A stretch of 64,000 bases of DNA, taken from the IMG/VR virus record IMGVR_UViG_3300032285_001268, positions 1 to 64,000 of that record. One strand, written 5' to 3'. The position numbers and the translations under genes were made by a program. Of the stretch, positions 1 to 10,404 are shown one piece after another. The notes beneath the pieces were generated by a model, which saw only the letters and a list, made by a program, of their open reading frames with translations, had not been told where the DNA came from and ran no database searches. Every line of letters starts with the position of its first letter. Position 1 is the stretch's first letter. This DNA comes from a virus.

Positions 1-900
1 AGCTCCAGTTATAGGAAGTACTTGTCCAAGCCCTTCTAGATCCAAGTTAACGATTACATAGTTGGCATATAGTCCAGTACCGCGATCACCAACTGTACTA
101 GGAATAATACCAGCACCAGTTAATATATCATTGATCTGTATAGCACTGATTGGTATGCCGCTGATGCCCGGTGTTAGTTCAAATACTGTCCATGGAGTAG
201 GTACACCGTTGATGTTACCATAGACGCCTGTAGCTAATGCTACTGTGTTACTGTGATCTACGATGCTGACTAGTTCATAGGTAGTAATGTAGGCTTCAAT
301 GTATAGGCTGGTGTTTACAATGTTTCCACCAGTGCCAATCTTAAGAGCAGGTACTTGTACACTACCGCCGTTAGGATTGATAACAATATCAGCACCCGAT
401 ACTGTACCTGATAGGGTCTGTAGGTTAGTACCATTAACAACAAAGTTGCCTAGATCATTGTAGTTGTCTAATAAGTTAGTAACATAAGTTTCTGTAGCCA
501 GTCCAGCAAAGCTAACACTGATCTTGCCATTGCCATCTATGTTAACGTTAGTGCCAATTTCAACACCACCCAGTGTGTTGGTTGTAGCTTTTGGTAATGT
601 ATATGTTGAGTTAGGTATTGCCGTTGCGGCTACCCAGTTGTTGTCATAGTAGACAAATAAGTCGCCACTTGTTGAGTCCCACCATAGCCAACCTGGTTGT
701 GGATTGGGAGGCGGAGTTGCACCTTCGTAGACTGTGGATCCCATACTAGATCCACTGACAATCTTACCACCTGGAGTTCCGTCACTAATACGAATAGTGT
801 TAGTAATACTGTCATACCAAAGACGTCCTAGTTCGCCAATACGGCTCTCACCATTGCTATAACTTTGTCTACCAGTAAAGAACTTTTGAATGAAAGCCAC
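1..900 (-). CDS. tail fibre-like structural protein, runs off the left edge (partial)
   Basis: Translated by hand (not in ORF track): GTG at 900 after GGAG; open frame MAFIQKFFTGRQSYSNGESRIGELGRLWYDSITNTIRISDGTPGG...PGWLWWDSTSGDLFVYYDNNW, G/T/N-rich like phage fibre proteins. Confidence 0.7.
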   Translation of the reverse strand, partial: MAFIQKFFTGRQSYSNGESRIGELGRLWYDSITNTIRISDGTPGGKIVSGSSMGSTVYEGATPPPNPQPGWLWWDSTSGDLFVYYDNNWVAATAIPNSTYTLPKATTNTLGGVEIGTNVNIDGNGKISVSFAGLATETYVTNLLDNYNDLGNFVVNGTNLQTLSGTVSGADIVINPNGGSVQVPALKIGTGGNIVNTSLYIEAYITTYELVSIVDHSNTVALATGVYGNINGVPTPWTVFELTPGISGIPISAIQINDILTGAGIIPSTVGDRGTGLYANYVIVNLDLEGLGQVLPITGA

Positions 901-910
901 GGACTACTCC

Positions 911-1195
911 TTAGCCATCAAAAGGTTCATCGTCAGATACTAAGTCAATTTTTTGATCTAATCTGCTAGGAACTCCTGCTAGCTTTTTCATCATTTCAAT
1001 TTTTTGTTGCAGTGGAGGAACCATTACTGGATTAGCATGTTTAGTTTCGTCATCGCCATCATCACCATGACTGTCAGTAGTCGCTTGAGCTGATCCGTTA
1101 TTAACATTAACCACAACAGGAGCCTGTGCTGGTTTATCATCTTCTACCGCATCTAGTAAATCTGCTATGCTGTGTAATATGTCTGCCATTTTCAT
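911..1195 (-). CDS. hypothetical protein
   Basis: ORF track; fits the co-directional minus-strand run without overlap. Confidence 0.6.
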   Translation of the reverse strand: MKMADILHSIADLLDAVEDDKPAQAPVVVNVNNGSAQATTDSHGDDGDDETKHANPVMVPPLQQKIEMMKKLAGVPSRLDQKIDLVSDDEPFDG

Positions 1196-1207
1196 AATTG
1201 TTTTTCC

Positions 1208-2368
1208 TTATACTGCGGTTAGTGTGCTGGTTGCGGCAATTCTCGTTATTGCTGAATCAATCTTGGCATTGTAGTCTGCTAGTGTAGGTCCCTTGCCAAC
1301 AAAGTTATTAGCATAAACATAAACTGTGCCTGCTACACCTTTAACTGCACGGCTAGCACCTGTGCTAGATACTACGCTGAATACACTGTTGATTACAATA
1401 GCGGCGCTGCCTGCTGAATGTAACCAAATACCGTAACTATCACCTGTGCTGTTATTACCAATGATACAGTTGCCGATAGTCATAGCACCTGTGCCATATG
1501 CTTCTAGGCACACTTCATTGTTGGCTGTTAGTTCGCTATTGCTAAAGTTCATAGTACAGTTACTATTTACAGATGCGACCTGTGCCGCACCACTTGATTC
1601 TACCTCACGTAGATCTAAACTTACACGACTTGTACCGTCTGCTTTACCAACTTGGATACAATACACGTCACCTGTACCGTTATGACTTAATTTAATGCTG
1701 TTACCGTGTATCACACTCTTTGATGAACCTTCAGTGCCTGAACAGTCTGCATAAATGCCATAGCCGCCTGCATCTGTGAAAACAGTTGAGCCTGTTTGAT
1801 TACCTGTGGCAGTCATCCAAACATCTTGCAAGAATAAACGCTGTGCATTTGCGCCTGTATAATAGATGCAGGGCTTTTGTGCTAGAGCATTGATAGCCAA
1901 TCCAGCTATGCTAAAGTGATTATCGCCTAATGCACCTGCACCGGTTGCTGATCCGCTGATAGTAACTGTACCAAACAGATAAATTGGAGCATGGATACTA
2001 CCGTTGTCACCTACTAGGAAAATATGTCCTGTGTCTAGAGTAATATTTTCAGTTATGTTACCCTGTAGTATCATAAAAATTGGATTCGTTTCTGCCGGTG
2101 AAATTACACTGGTTGCAATTAAATTTTTAATATACGTGTATGCGGCATTTAATGTTTTAAATGGCTTGTTGGCATTGCCTGTTGGCGTATATGTATCTGT
2201 TCTAGCAGGATCAATATAGAATCTATTAGTTACAGGATAATCTACAGCGTAACTTTTTAGTGACGCTAATGTTATTTTTTTGTTTGCTCCACTTTCAACT
2301 ACAGGTACAACAGTTGCGTCTGTTCCAGTAGCTAAAGTTGGCATTGCTGATATTTTTACTAGTGACAT
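1208..2368 (-). CDS. putative tail fibre / beta-helix structural protein
   Basis: 386 aa, G/S/N/T-rich repetitive beta-strand pattern; TAAATA 4 nt upstream of ATG. Confidence 0.55.
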   Translation of the reverse strand: MSLVKISAMPTLATGTDATVVPVVESGANKKITLASLKSYAVDYPVTNRFYIDPARTDTYTPTGNANKPFKTLNAAYTYIKNLIATSVISPAETNPIFMILQGNITENITLDTGHIFLVGDNGSIHAPIYLFGTVTISGSATGAGALGDNHFSIAGLAINALAQKPCIYYTGANAQRLFLQDVWMTATGNQTGSTVFTDAGGYGIYADCSGTEGSSKSVIHGNSIKLSHNGTGDVYCIQVGKADGTSRVSLDLREVESSGAAQVASVNSNCTMNFSNSELTANNEVCLEAYGTGAMTIGNCIIGNNSTGDSYGIWLHSAGSAAIVINSVFSVVSSTGASRAVKGVAGTVYVYANNFVGKGPTLADYNAKIDSAITRIAATSTLTAV

Positions 2369-2383
2369 GATCTATTTATTGGG

Positions 2384-4732
2384 TTATGTTGGGAAGTCTA
2401 AACTACTGGTTGTTGTGCCAGTATTTGTAATTGTATGTGCGCTGGCGCTACGATCCACTAGGTTACCATCTAATGCTAGTTTTGTATTAGCATCAGTTAC
2501 TAATGTCAGTGGTGGAGTAAATGTAGTTGAATAGCGCGGTGTGTTACTGATTCTAATATTAGTTAGTTTTCCGTTAAAATACTGGAAGTCGTTGTTACCG
2601 CGGCGCCCAATCCATAGATCATTACTTGTATCGTTGGCGTAATAACCTGGGCCGTTATAGACATTAACGCCGTTGTAGTATACATTTGTATCAGTTGGAC
2701 CACCACCGCTACAAGTTATAGCCACATGTGTCCATACGCCCGGAGTAGGTTCAGCACAAAGTACTCTTCCGTTGTTAACGTTTAAATTTCCGTTTTGATA
2801 AAATATATCAATTGTATTGTTGTTAGGCTGTTGAGACATTATGGTCAACAGTGCCCCGGATGTAGTAGCTACTGAGGCTTTGCTCCAGAACTCTATAGTA
2901 TAGTTTAACTGTATGCTCCAGTCTGTTCTTGTTCCGCCTACCTGTATGCGATTTGAACTGCCATTAAATGCCAGGATCTTTTTCTTAACTATAGCCAAGA
3001 ACATTTGACTGATTCTTGATCCGCCCCATGTGTTAGAAAATGTAGTGTCACCAAAGTAGTTGGTCAGGCAATCACGGAAGTCTTGATTAACACCTGTAGC
3101 ATCAAATGTACCAATAGCTACGATTGTGCCAGGTAAGAATGATCTTAGTAGTGCGGCTATGTTGGTGCCTAAACTGGCATTATTATAAGTGTCATACCAG
3201 TTGGCGCTTTGTACAGTACCGTCGGTGTTTAGGGCCACTACAGTATGTCCACGACGCATACAGAATCCAAGTCCGTTGTTAGTTGGAGGATCTTGTGGTG
3301 CTGGCAATGTAGTTGGGCTACCTGCTGTAAATGGTGTAGCTGATGTCCAAGCGACAGTACCTGTATTGGTTATTGTGAGATTGCTTGGGCTGGTGTCTTT
3401 TAATAGGTCACCGCTGGTCAATTCTGTTAGTAACAGTTTAGTGTTGGTTACGGGCAACAATGGATTGACCGATGGTGTAAAGTTGGCGGTGTATACTGCT
3501 GTTCCATTAACAACTCGTACACTGGTCATCGACCCTACAAAAAAGTTTGCGTGATTGAAGTCTGCACCAATATGTAATTGATTTGTAGTTCCATAATCGT
3601 TAGTATCTGTGTAAGTCGTTGCGGCTGCTGTACCATTTATGTATAACTTGGTTGCGTTATTGCGTTTTACTACAGCAATATGTGTCCAAGTGTTTAAAGA
3701 TAAAGTACTACCAATAATTCTATTAGCGCCATTGACAAACAAATAGATAGCACTGGTATTGCTAATGCCTAGCATTGGTGCAACTTGCGGTTCTGAGGTT
3801 CTAAAATCAAACAAGCGATGGTTAATTCCACCAGTAGTATGATAGTACCAACCCTCAAAAGTAAAGTCACCTGTACCAAATCCAAATGCTGGTGTAGTTG
3901 CTATTGACAGATAGTTACTGCCGCTAAATGATGCACTGCCGCCAACTGCTGAATTATCAAAGTTATCCGGACTGCGAGTATGGTCAGTGGCAACCATAAC
4001 ACCGTTCACTCTAATGTAACTGCCGTATATAGGATTGCCGTCAAAGTTAGTACAGATAAATCTCAAACTATTGCCAGCAATAGTCTGGTCAAATGTCATA
4101 TATGTGCCGCCAACTAACTGCTGTTCAAAGTAACCATACTGGTCAACAACGGGTATTGAAGTATCAGCAACTGATACTGTGCCGCTGGTAGCTACGATAG
4201 GACCGCTTGTGGAGCCTGTGCGTATATCTACTATGACTGTTTCAGTGCCTTCTGTTAGATAATCGTTTGCTAGCACTCTGGTAAATGTTGCTGTGCCGCT
4301 GTTAACAGTAAATGATCCGCTGTTGGCGGCGCCAGTGAAGTCTGCACCTACTGTTGTTCCACTATTGGTCCAATACAATGTTGTGCCATCTGCTACACCA
4401 ACTGTGGTAATTGTATAGGTAATTGTATCGCCTTCGTTAACTGCTGATGCGTTTGGTGATATGCTATAACTGATTGAAATCCAAGGACGACCAACAACTA
4501 ATCCACCTGTATTAGGATTGTCTGTAATGCCGTTGCCGTTATATTGTGTAGGCAACTGTGTAATATCGTAATATGCTCTCGAACGTGCATAATTCTTAGT
4601 AGGATCTGCACTACCTGTTACGGTTCCATCAGCGGCAACTACTTTACCCTGTCGTTTAGACGAAGCAATGTTAAGTTTGGCTGTTTGTTTTGCCTGCTTA
4701 GTTGATAGTATTGATATACCGTTTTTTGCCAT
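2384..4732 (-). CDS. virion surface protein with LamG/concanavalin-like domains and an ILEI/PANDER-like lectin domain
   Basis: FGTGDFTFEGW...WTHIAVV...LYING...FVGSMTSVRV and YTIEFW...WTHVA...YFNGKLTNIRIS are LamG-type; RRGHTVVALN...YDTY...GTIVAIGTFDA resembles ILEI. Confidence 0.7.
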   Translation of the reverse strand: MAKNGISILSTKQAKQTAKLNIASSKRQGKVVAADGTVTGSADPTKNYARSRAYYDITQLPTQYNGNGITDNPNTGGLVVGRPWISISYSISPNASAVNEGDTITYTITTVGVADGTTLYWTNSGTTVGADFTGAANSGSFTVNSGTATFTRVLANDYLTEGTETVIVDIRTGSTSGPIVATSGTVSVADTSIPVVDQYGYFEQQLVGGTYMTFDQTIAGNSLRFICTNFDGNPIYGSYIRVNGVMVATDHTRSPDNFDNSAVGGSASFSGSNYLSIATTPAFGFGTGDFTFEGWYYHTTGGINHRLFDFRTSEPQVAPMLGISNTSAIYLFVNGANRIIGSTLSLNTWTHIAVVKRNNATKLYINGTAAATTYTDTNDYGTTNQLHIGADFNHANFFVGSMTSVRVVNGTAVYTANFTPSVNPLLPVTNTKLLLTELTSGDLLKDTSPSNLTITNTGTVAWTSATPFTAGSPTTLPAPQDPPTNNGLGFCMRRGHTVVALNTDGTVQSANWYDTYNNASLGTNIAALLRSFLPGTIVAIGTFDATGVNQDFRDCLTNYFGDTTFSNTWGGSRISQMFLAIVKKKILAFNGSSNRIQVGGTRTDWSIQLNYTIEFWSKASVATTSGALLTIMSQQPNNNTIDIFYQNGNLNVNNGRVLCAEPTPGVWTHVAITCSGGGPTDTNVYYNGVNVYNGPGYYANDTSNDLWIGRRGNNDFQYFNGKLTNIRISNTPRYSTTFTPPLTLVTDANTKLALDGNLVDRSASAHTITNTGTTTSSLDFPT

Positions 4733-4751
4733 GAATTCAATCCTCTACGTG

Positions 4752-4767
4752 TATTTAGCGTTAAATA
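4752..4767. promoter_or_regulatory. back-to-back TAAATA late-promoter-like pair
   Basis: tattta-gcgt-taaata between the divergent starts at 4732 (-) and 4769 (+); TAAATA resembles the T4 late promoter core TATAAATA. Confidence 0.5.
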
Positions 4768-4768
4768 G

Positions 4769-5974
4769 ATGACTATGATAAACAAAGAACCTTTCGAACG
4801 ACTAATAGCAGATCTTAAAGAAAACGGAAAATATCGGGTTTTTAACGACATCGTTCGTGAAAACGGCAAGTTTCCGCAAGCAATATGGTATGGGCCATAT
4901 AATATTAAAAACATTGTCAACTGGTGCTCAAATGATTACTTAGGCATGGGACAGCACAAAGTTGTGCTTGATGCCATGCACACAGCATTAGATCATACAG
5001 GATCAGGTTCAGGTGGTACACGCAATATCGGCGGTACTAGCCACTATCATGTTGCACTTGAACATGAGCTTGCTAGCCTGCACAAGAAAGAAAAAGCTGT
5101 ACTGTTCTCTAGTGCTTATGTGGCCAACGAATGGACACTGATTGCTCTAGCTAAAATTATTCCCAATATTGAATATATCAGCGATGCTAATAATCATAAC
5201 TCAATCATTGTAGGAATACAGCACAGCCGTGCAGATAAAGTTATCTTTAAACACAATGACTTAGATGATCTAGAACAAAAATTAAAGATTAGTTTTGCAC
5301 AGGGTAAAACTCCTTGTGTAGTATTTGAAAGTGTATACAGCATGGATGGAGATGTTGGACACATTGAAGAAATCTGTAAGTTAGCCAACAAATACAAAGC
5401 TATTACCTATATCGATGAAGTACACGCTGTGGGCTTATATGGAGAACACGGAGGTGGAAAATTAGAAGAGCTTGGGCTTGAAGACAAAGTAGACATAGTC
5501 AATGGAACTTTGGGAAAGGCCTTTGGAGTCCAGGGTGGTTACATTGCTTGCGACAAGATTGTAGCCGACGCTATTCGTAGCGTAGCCGCTGGATTCATTT
5601 TTACAACCAGCATGAGTCCTGTTACTTGTGCCGGAGCAATGGCGGCAATCAAGTATCTCAAAGATCATAATGAGATACGTGAGCGTCATCAAGATCGTGC
5701 TCGCAAACTAAAACATAGATTAAAAGTCGCCGGGATTCCTGTAATGGAATGTAGTACTAGTCACATAGTTCCGGTGCTAGTAGGCGATGCTAAACGCTGT
5801 AAAGCTATGAGTGATGCACTATTGAATGACCATAACATCTATGTACAACCAATCAACTATCCTACAGTTGATGTGGGAACGGAGCGGTTGCGTTTTGCAC
5901 CCACTCCGTTTCATGATGATGGTATGATCGAGGATCTAGTGCAGGCACTAGTCCAAGTGTTTAATACCTACTGA
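4769..5974 (+). CDS. hemA: 5-aminolevulinate synthase (PLP-dependent, class II aminotransferase fold)
   Basis: [66 protein letters not shown] (PLP lysine), [27 protein letters not shown]. Confidence 0.95.
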   Translation: MTMINKEPFERLIADLKENGKYRVFNDIVRENGKFPQAIWYGPYNIKNIVNWCSNDYLGMGQHKVVLDAMHTALDHTGSGSGGTRNIGGTSHYHVALEHELASLHKKEKAVLFSSAYVANEWTLIALAKIIPNIEYISDANNHNSIIVGIQHSRADKVIFKHNDLDDLEQKLKISFAQGKTPCVVFESVYSMDGDVGHIEEICKLANKYKAITYIDEVHAVGLYGEHGGGKLEELGLEDKVDIVNGTLGKAFGVQGGYIACDKIVADAIRSVAAGFIFTTSMSPVTCAGAMAAIKYLKDHNEIRERHQDRARKLKHRLKVAGIPVMECSTSHIVPVLVGDAKRCKAMSDALLNDHNIYVQPINYPTVDVGTERLRFAPTPFHDDGMIEDLVQALVQVFNTY

Positions 5975-6994
5975 TTATCTCACCCAATACCAAATTGCAC
6001 CTGGACGAGCACCGTCTTCAATAGTGCTTAACCACGGAGCAGGATTCCAACCCCCACCGGTGATTAGTGTGCCCCACCAGCCACCACGGAATCCATCTGT
6101 GGTTAACCAACCGTAGTTGATACCAATACCTATCCAAGGCATACGTGCTTCCATAGCATTGTCATCGTAGTTCCACGTATTACCATTGTAGCCCCAACGT
6201 GCTAGTTCTGTAATGTTCTTGCGCCAACCTGGTGTACCTAACTGTGCATCACCCATATCAGAGCTGTCAAAAGTCTGCACAAAACTGTATGGTTCATTAG
6301 CGGTCCACGCACCACCTAGTGATCCGTGTTCACGAGCTGTGATCATAAAATCAAATCCTGACTCTGCACTTTTAATCTTATCAGCCCAACTTAAGATGCT
6401 GTAGTTATAGTCAGTTGACTGTATGTCATGCCCTACTAATTGTGTAGGAGCATTTGTTTCATTAAGTAAAAACAATTGATCAGTTTGCCACTCACACGCT
6501 GAGTTTTGTACAATCAAAGTCCAGCCGCCACCTAAGGTAGTCATATCGCAATATACTTGGAACGGATCTCCGTTGTTAATCGCATCATTCTGTATCCAAT
6601 ATACGCCATCTTCGCTGTCTGGATAGTCTTGTTTAATTTGCCAAGCACTAGTACTATATTCATCTATAGTCTTGCCAGTATGTACGCCCAATGCTTTATT
6701 GCGAGAAGTACGTTCTGCTCGTTCACGTGCTTGAACAGCAATCTCGTCGGTGCGTAGTGCGGCTATTAACGCCTGCCTATCTCCTGGACTTAGTGTTTCG
6801 TAATATGATAATATAGTTTCTTGATTCACAATTTCTTCCTCGATTTCAACAATGGTATTTTGATCATTTGATGTTTGTGCTATTAGTAAATCACTAGGCG
6901 GATGAATCACTAACGTTGATAGTGGACCGTGGCCTTCTGTAAATTCGCAGCCAATGTTTCCGTCATTACTAACTCTAACGATTAAATTAGCCAT
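5975..6994 (-). CDS. fibrinogen-related-domain (FReD-like) protein
   Basis: SEDGVYWI...FQVYCDMTTLGGGWTLIVQ is the fibrinogen C-domain N-terminal signature. Confidence 0.7.
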   Translation of the reverse strand: MANLIVRVSNDGNIGCEFTEGHGPLSTLVIHPPSDLLIAQTSNDQNTIVEIEEEIVNQETILSYYETLSPGDRQALIAALRTDEIAVQARERAERTSRNKALGVHTGKTIDEYSTSAWQIKQDYPDSEDGVYWIQNDAINNGDPFQVYCDMTTLGGGWTLIVQNSACEWQTDQLFLLNETNAPTQLVGHDIQSTDYNYSILSWADKIKSAESGFDFMITAREHGSLGGAWTANEPYSFVQTFDSSDMGDAQLGTPGWRKNITELARWGYNGNTWNYDDNAMEARMPWIGIGINYGWLTTDGFRGGWWGTLITGGGWNPAPWLSTIEDGARPGAIWYWVR

Positions 6995-7012
6995 AGTTGA
7001 AGATTGAAAATT

Positions 7013-7246
7013 TTAATACAAACTAATCAGCTGTTGTACGCCAAACACTAGGGCCGCAACTGCTTGTTGATCCGCGGCAGCTTCTTGTAGTTTGTCTGTA
7101 CTGATCAAATCAGCTAGAATTTCTTTGGCCTCACTCGGGCTTAGTTGTCCTGCTCCAACTGCTTCGTGTACTTGTAGTGCGTATTGGGCACGTTCAGCGG
7201 CCCATGGTTGACCGCTTTGCATTACTTCCATTAATACTTGGCTCAT
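7013..7246 (-). CDS. hypothetical protein
   Basis: ORF track; start overlaps the upstream stop (TAATG coupling). Confidence 0.6.
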   Translation of the reverse strand: MSQVLMEVMQSGQPWAAERAQYALQVHEAVGAGQLSPSEAKEILADLISTDKLQEAAADQQAVAALVFGVQQLISLY

Positions 7247-7629
7247 TAGAATCTCCCTTGTACTGAACCTGCTATTATATCAACTTGTTGTTGTATAATC
7301 TTTTTCTTTAAGTCACAGTACAATGGACTTACAGGACCTTTGGCTACGCGATCTTGTAGTTCTTTAACTGTGTCGGTGATTGTGCCAGTTAGTTTGGCAA
7401 TATCACGTGTTGGTTTAGTTTTAGCATAGATGTCAAACCATTCTACATCTCGAGCTAATTGATTAACTTGTGGTGCTAGGTCTGCCTTACAATCAAAGTG
7501 TCTAACTTCTAACTGTATGTCTGTGATTGCTTTGGCTTGATTAACGTCCCAACGACTGGGGATCATTTCCATTATACCTGCACAGCCTGTTAAACTTAAA
7601 AATGCTACTACTGCTATTAGTCTTTTCAT
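7246..7629 (-). CDS. putative lipoprotein
   Basis: MKRLIAVVAFLSLTGC signal peptide with lipobox. Confidence 0.6.
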   Translation of the reverse strand: MKRLIAVVAFLSLTGCAGIMEMIPSRWDVNQAKAITDIQLEVRHFDCKADLAPQVNQLARDVEWFDIYAKTKPTRDIAKLTGTITDTVKELQDRVAKGPVSPLYCDLKKKIIQQQVDIIAGSVQGRF

Positions 7630-8384
7630 TTTTTGTGTCCCGATTTCATATTAGCCATCCAGTGTGCTAGCTGTGCGGCTCTGCCACTATGGCTCTTGGC
7701 AAACTTACGTAGGCTGCTAACGCTACTCTTTGTTGGCACATGATAACGTTTGCTGTCGCCTTTGTCTTGTGGATTCTTTCCGTTGGCAAAGTTTTCGTTA
7801 GTGCGATGATACTCACTTGCTTCACCTTCTAAACTAACATGCCAAGCATAAAATTTAGTATGTGGATACTCAGTTTTGAGTTCAACAAAACTTTCTAGAT
7901 TAGGTACTGCATCATCATACATTATGGCCTTGGTATAATTACCCTTGTTTAATAGGTCACGTATGATGATCTTTTTCTTTTCTTCAGTCTGTATCTTCTG
8001 TGTCATGTTTCCAGCACGATATACATGGACTTTACTCATGTCTACACCGTACTTGCGAAATGTATCTAAGAATAATTCTCTGTCATTAAAGTCAGCACGA
8101 GCCGTGACCATTACTACCTTGTTACCAGTAGCAATATCATGCTTGAGTTGATTGATCATGGGGATGATAGGTTTGCTGTTTTCAAAGAACTCTCGAGCAT
8201 CTTTGAAACGGCCAAAGTCGAAATCTTCCCCTGGCTGTAGTTTATAATGTGTAAACTCGTGGCTATTGAGTTCTCTAACTACTTGTCCATCTTTAACTAC
8301 ATGGACTTTAGTTTGCGTGTGTACAAGTGTATCGTCAATATCAAATATGACTAACTTGTTAGGAGCAAACTCAGTTGCTCTCAT
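7626..8384 (-). CDS. HAD-superfamily phosphatase
   Basis: FDIDDTL (DxD motif I), MVTAR (motif II), K, MYDD (motif IV). Confidence 0.8.
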   Translation of the reverse strand: MRATEFAPNKLVIFDIDDTLVHTQTKVHVVKDGQVVRELNSHEFTHYKLQPGEDFDFGRFKDAREFFENSKPIIPMINQLKHDIATGNKVVMVTARADFNDRELFLDTFRKYGVDMSKVHVYRAGNMTQKIQTEEKKKIIIRDLLNKGNYTKAIMYDDAVPNLESFVELKTEYPHTKFYAWHVSLEGEASEYHRTNENFANGKNPQDKGDSKRYHVPTKSSVSSLRKFAKSHSGRAAQLAHWMANMKSGHKK

Positions 8385-8815
8385 TTTTTCTTCTTACCAG
8401 CACAGTGAGCACGTTGACTAAATCCTTTTGGATTAGAACAATCGATACTATTTTTATATTTCTGTGTCCACTTTTCCTGCATGATAACTTTCTCAGCTGT
8501 TTCGATTAGCTGGCGCATTTCTGCAATGCTTTCACAGTTCCAGCGGCGTAAGGCCAATGCCTTAGGAGTGGGCTTACCATTAGGCTTCTTCATTGGACCT
8601 TTATTACCCGACATTCTAGCACAGAATGATTTGCGGCGTTTAGCGGCCTTACTACCTTTCTTTAACTTACTAGGTTTAGTAGTAACAGCAGTTTGTAAAT
8701 GACTACCTGGATGTTCATGACGATAGGCATTGACTGCCTTTTGACTGAGTCCATTAGTCTTGTCGTGGTGATTGACTTTATTCCAATCTTCATTTAATAG
8801 TTCATTCATCTTCAT
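8381..8815 (-). CDS. basic phage protein, DUF6321-like
   Basis: RRKSFCARMSG...KALALRRWNC motif; C-terminal CSNPKGFSQRAHC module. Confidence 0.55.
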   Translation of the reverse strand: MKMNELLNEDWNKVNHHDKTNGLSQKAVNAYRHEHPGSHLQTAVTTKPSKLKKGSKAAKRRKSFCARMSGNKGPMKKPNGKPTPKALALRRWNCESIAEMRQLIETAEKVIMQEKWTQKYKNSIDCSNPKGFSQRAHCAGKKKK

Positions 8816-8938
8816 AAGGTATTCCTCCTATGCCGCAGCCAAACCTTGCTAGCCCTTCATACAGGGCTATAAGGATTTCTTTTATGGTCGCTATCATCGC
8901 CTTCTTTTTGTTCTGGCCAAACAGGATAGTTGCTTGGA

Positions 8939-9775
8939 TTAGTCTGCTGATGCATTAGCACCGCACTTAGCACGTTTAGCATTTGTAAGAGCTCCAAAGT
9001 TTACAGGCCATTCTTGCCCCGGCGCAAGTTCTATAGCACCTGCTGGGAAAGCATACTTAACACCAGCTTCTCGCATAATGTCAGCAACAGGCTTACGAAA
9101 TACTGTTAAGTCATTGCCTAAGTTAACATATGGCTTGGTGTGTGGAAATGCCCATCCAGCGATTTGTTTAGTTTGGTTATTAATAACAATCTTATAGTAT
9201 CCGTGTGGAACAATAACTCCGTTACCAATTGTAGGATCTCCTGCACCGTAGAATGCACCTACATAGATTGTATATGGTTGGTTAAGTTGTACTGCCCAGC
9301 CACGAACTGATGTTTCTAATAGTTTCCAAATGCCGCGATTCAATGATCCGTGTTGTGGATACATGTTGGTCATTAAGAATGATTCATACTCTACTTGTTG
9401 TGTCCAACTTAGATCGCCGTCTGGAGCGGCATGTCCTTTGTCGTAGCCTGTACCAACATAGTCAGCTGGTGTTGCACCTGTGCCGCCTAGTGATTGGTCA
9501 GCTACGAAAGCATTTGTGCGTGGAAAGCAACCTAATGCGTTTTGCGGTAATAGTGTATATGCTACATAAGCAGGAATCTTTACAGGAGCATCATATGCTA
9601 CTAGATATGCTTCACGGCAAATAGGAGTTGCTGTACGTGCTGTTTGTGCAAAACCATATGGGCTGTGTATTTGGCAGGCTTGTACTGGGTTAGGAACACG
9701 TTGATCCCAAGCGTTTGCTTGTAGGCTGACTGTAGCAATAAAGGCTAGAAGTAGCCCAGTTAATATCTTTTTCAC
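8939..9775 (-). CDS. DNA/RNA non-specific endonuclease (NucA / Endonuclease_NS family) with signal peptide
   Basis: YDKGHAAP (DRGH-like motif), FLMTNMYPQHGSLNRGIWKLLE, VPHGYYKIV. Confidence 0.9.
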   Translation of the reverse strand: MKKILTGLLLAFIATVSLQANAWDQRVPNPVQACQIHSPYGFAQTARTATPICREAYLVAYDAPVKIPAYVAYTLLPQNALGCFPRTNAFVADQSLGGTGATPADYVGTGYDKGHAAPDGDLSWTQQVEYESFLMTNMYPQHGSLNRGIWKLLETSVRGWAVQLNQPYTIYVGAFYGAGDPTIGNGVIVPHGYYKIVINNQTKQIAGWAFPHTKPYVNLGNDLTVFRKPVADIMREAGVKYAFPAGAIELAPGQEWPVNFGALTNAKRAKCGANASAD

Positions 9776-9801
9776 TGTGTAATCCCTTCAAAGTTAATAT
9801 G

Positions 9802-10404
9802 CTAATATTTAGCTAATTTTGCATTGAAGGCAATCGATATCCTATTACTATTACTAAGATTAGGATCTACGCTGTGAGAAATCCAGCTGGGAAATCCTAT
9901 GAGTTTATGTGCTTCTGGCGCTATGCTTATTCTAGAAGTATTAAATGGGCCAAACCCACTACAGGCAAGATCCGGTAGTGCGTATTCTAGTAGTGGAGTA
10001 GGATTGGCTAAGTTTATAAAGCCTGCTCCGGGATCAGCTTTAACATAGTAGACGAAACTAAAAAAATATTCCGGATGTAGATGCGATCTATTATTAGGTA
10101 ATTGCTCTAGCCCGGGTTGATTGATGTTTACCCATGCATTGTCTAATTCAAGCTGATATGGTTTTTGTATAAAATAATGATCGCTGACCTCCTTGATCAT
10201 TTCTTTTACCTGTTCCACTAGAGGCTGTAGTTTAGAGTCAGTGAGTTCTAGCATGCCGCTTTGCCAGCCACCGGGCTTTGATGCTAATCCGTTTATCAAA
10301 TCGTAGCAGTATTCTTCTATCGGTTGATTGTCTATTTGTAGAAATTTACTGCATATAGGAGTAGAAAAGGCCGCACTTACTTTAGACAACATGTTATCAA
10401 CCAA
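9802..10404 (-). CDS. 2OG-Fe(II) oxygenase
   Basis: WVNIN, H-x-H (HLHPE), SFVYYV, FPSWISHSV, RISIAFN. Confidence 0.85.
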   Translation of the reverse strand: MVDNMLSKVSAAFSTPICSKFLQIDNQPIEEYCYDLINGLASKPGGWQSGMLELTDSKLQPLVEQVKEMIKEVSDHYFIQKPYQLELDNAWVNINQPGLEQLPNNRSHLHPEYFFSFVYYVKADPGAGFINLANPTPLLEYALPDLACSGFGPFNTSRISIAPEAHKLIGFPSWISHSVDPNLSNSNRISIAFNAKLAKY

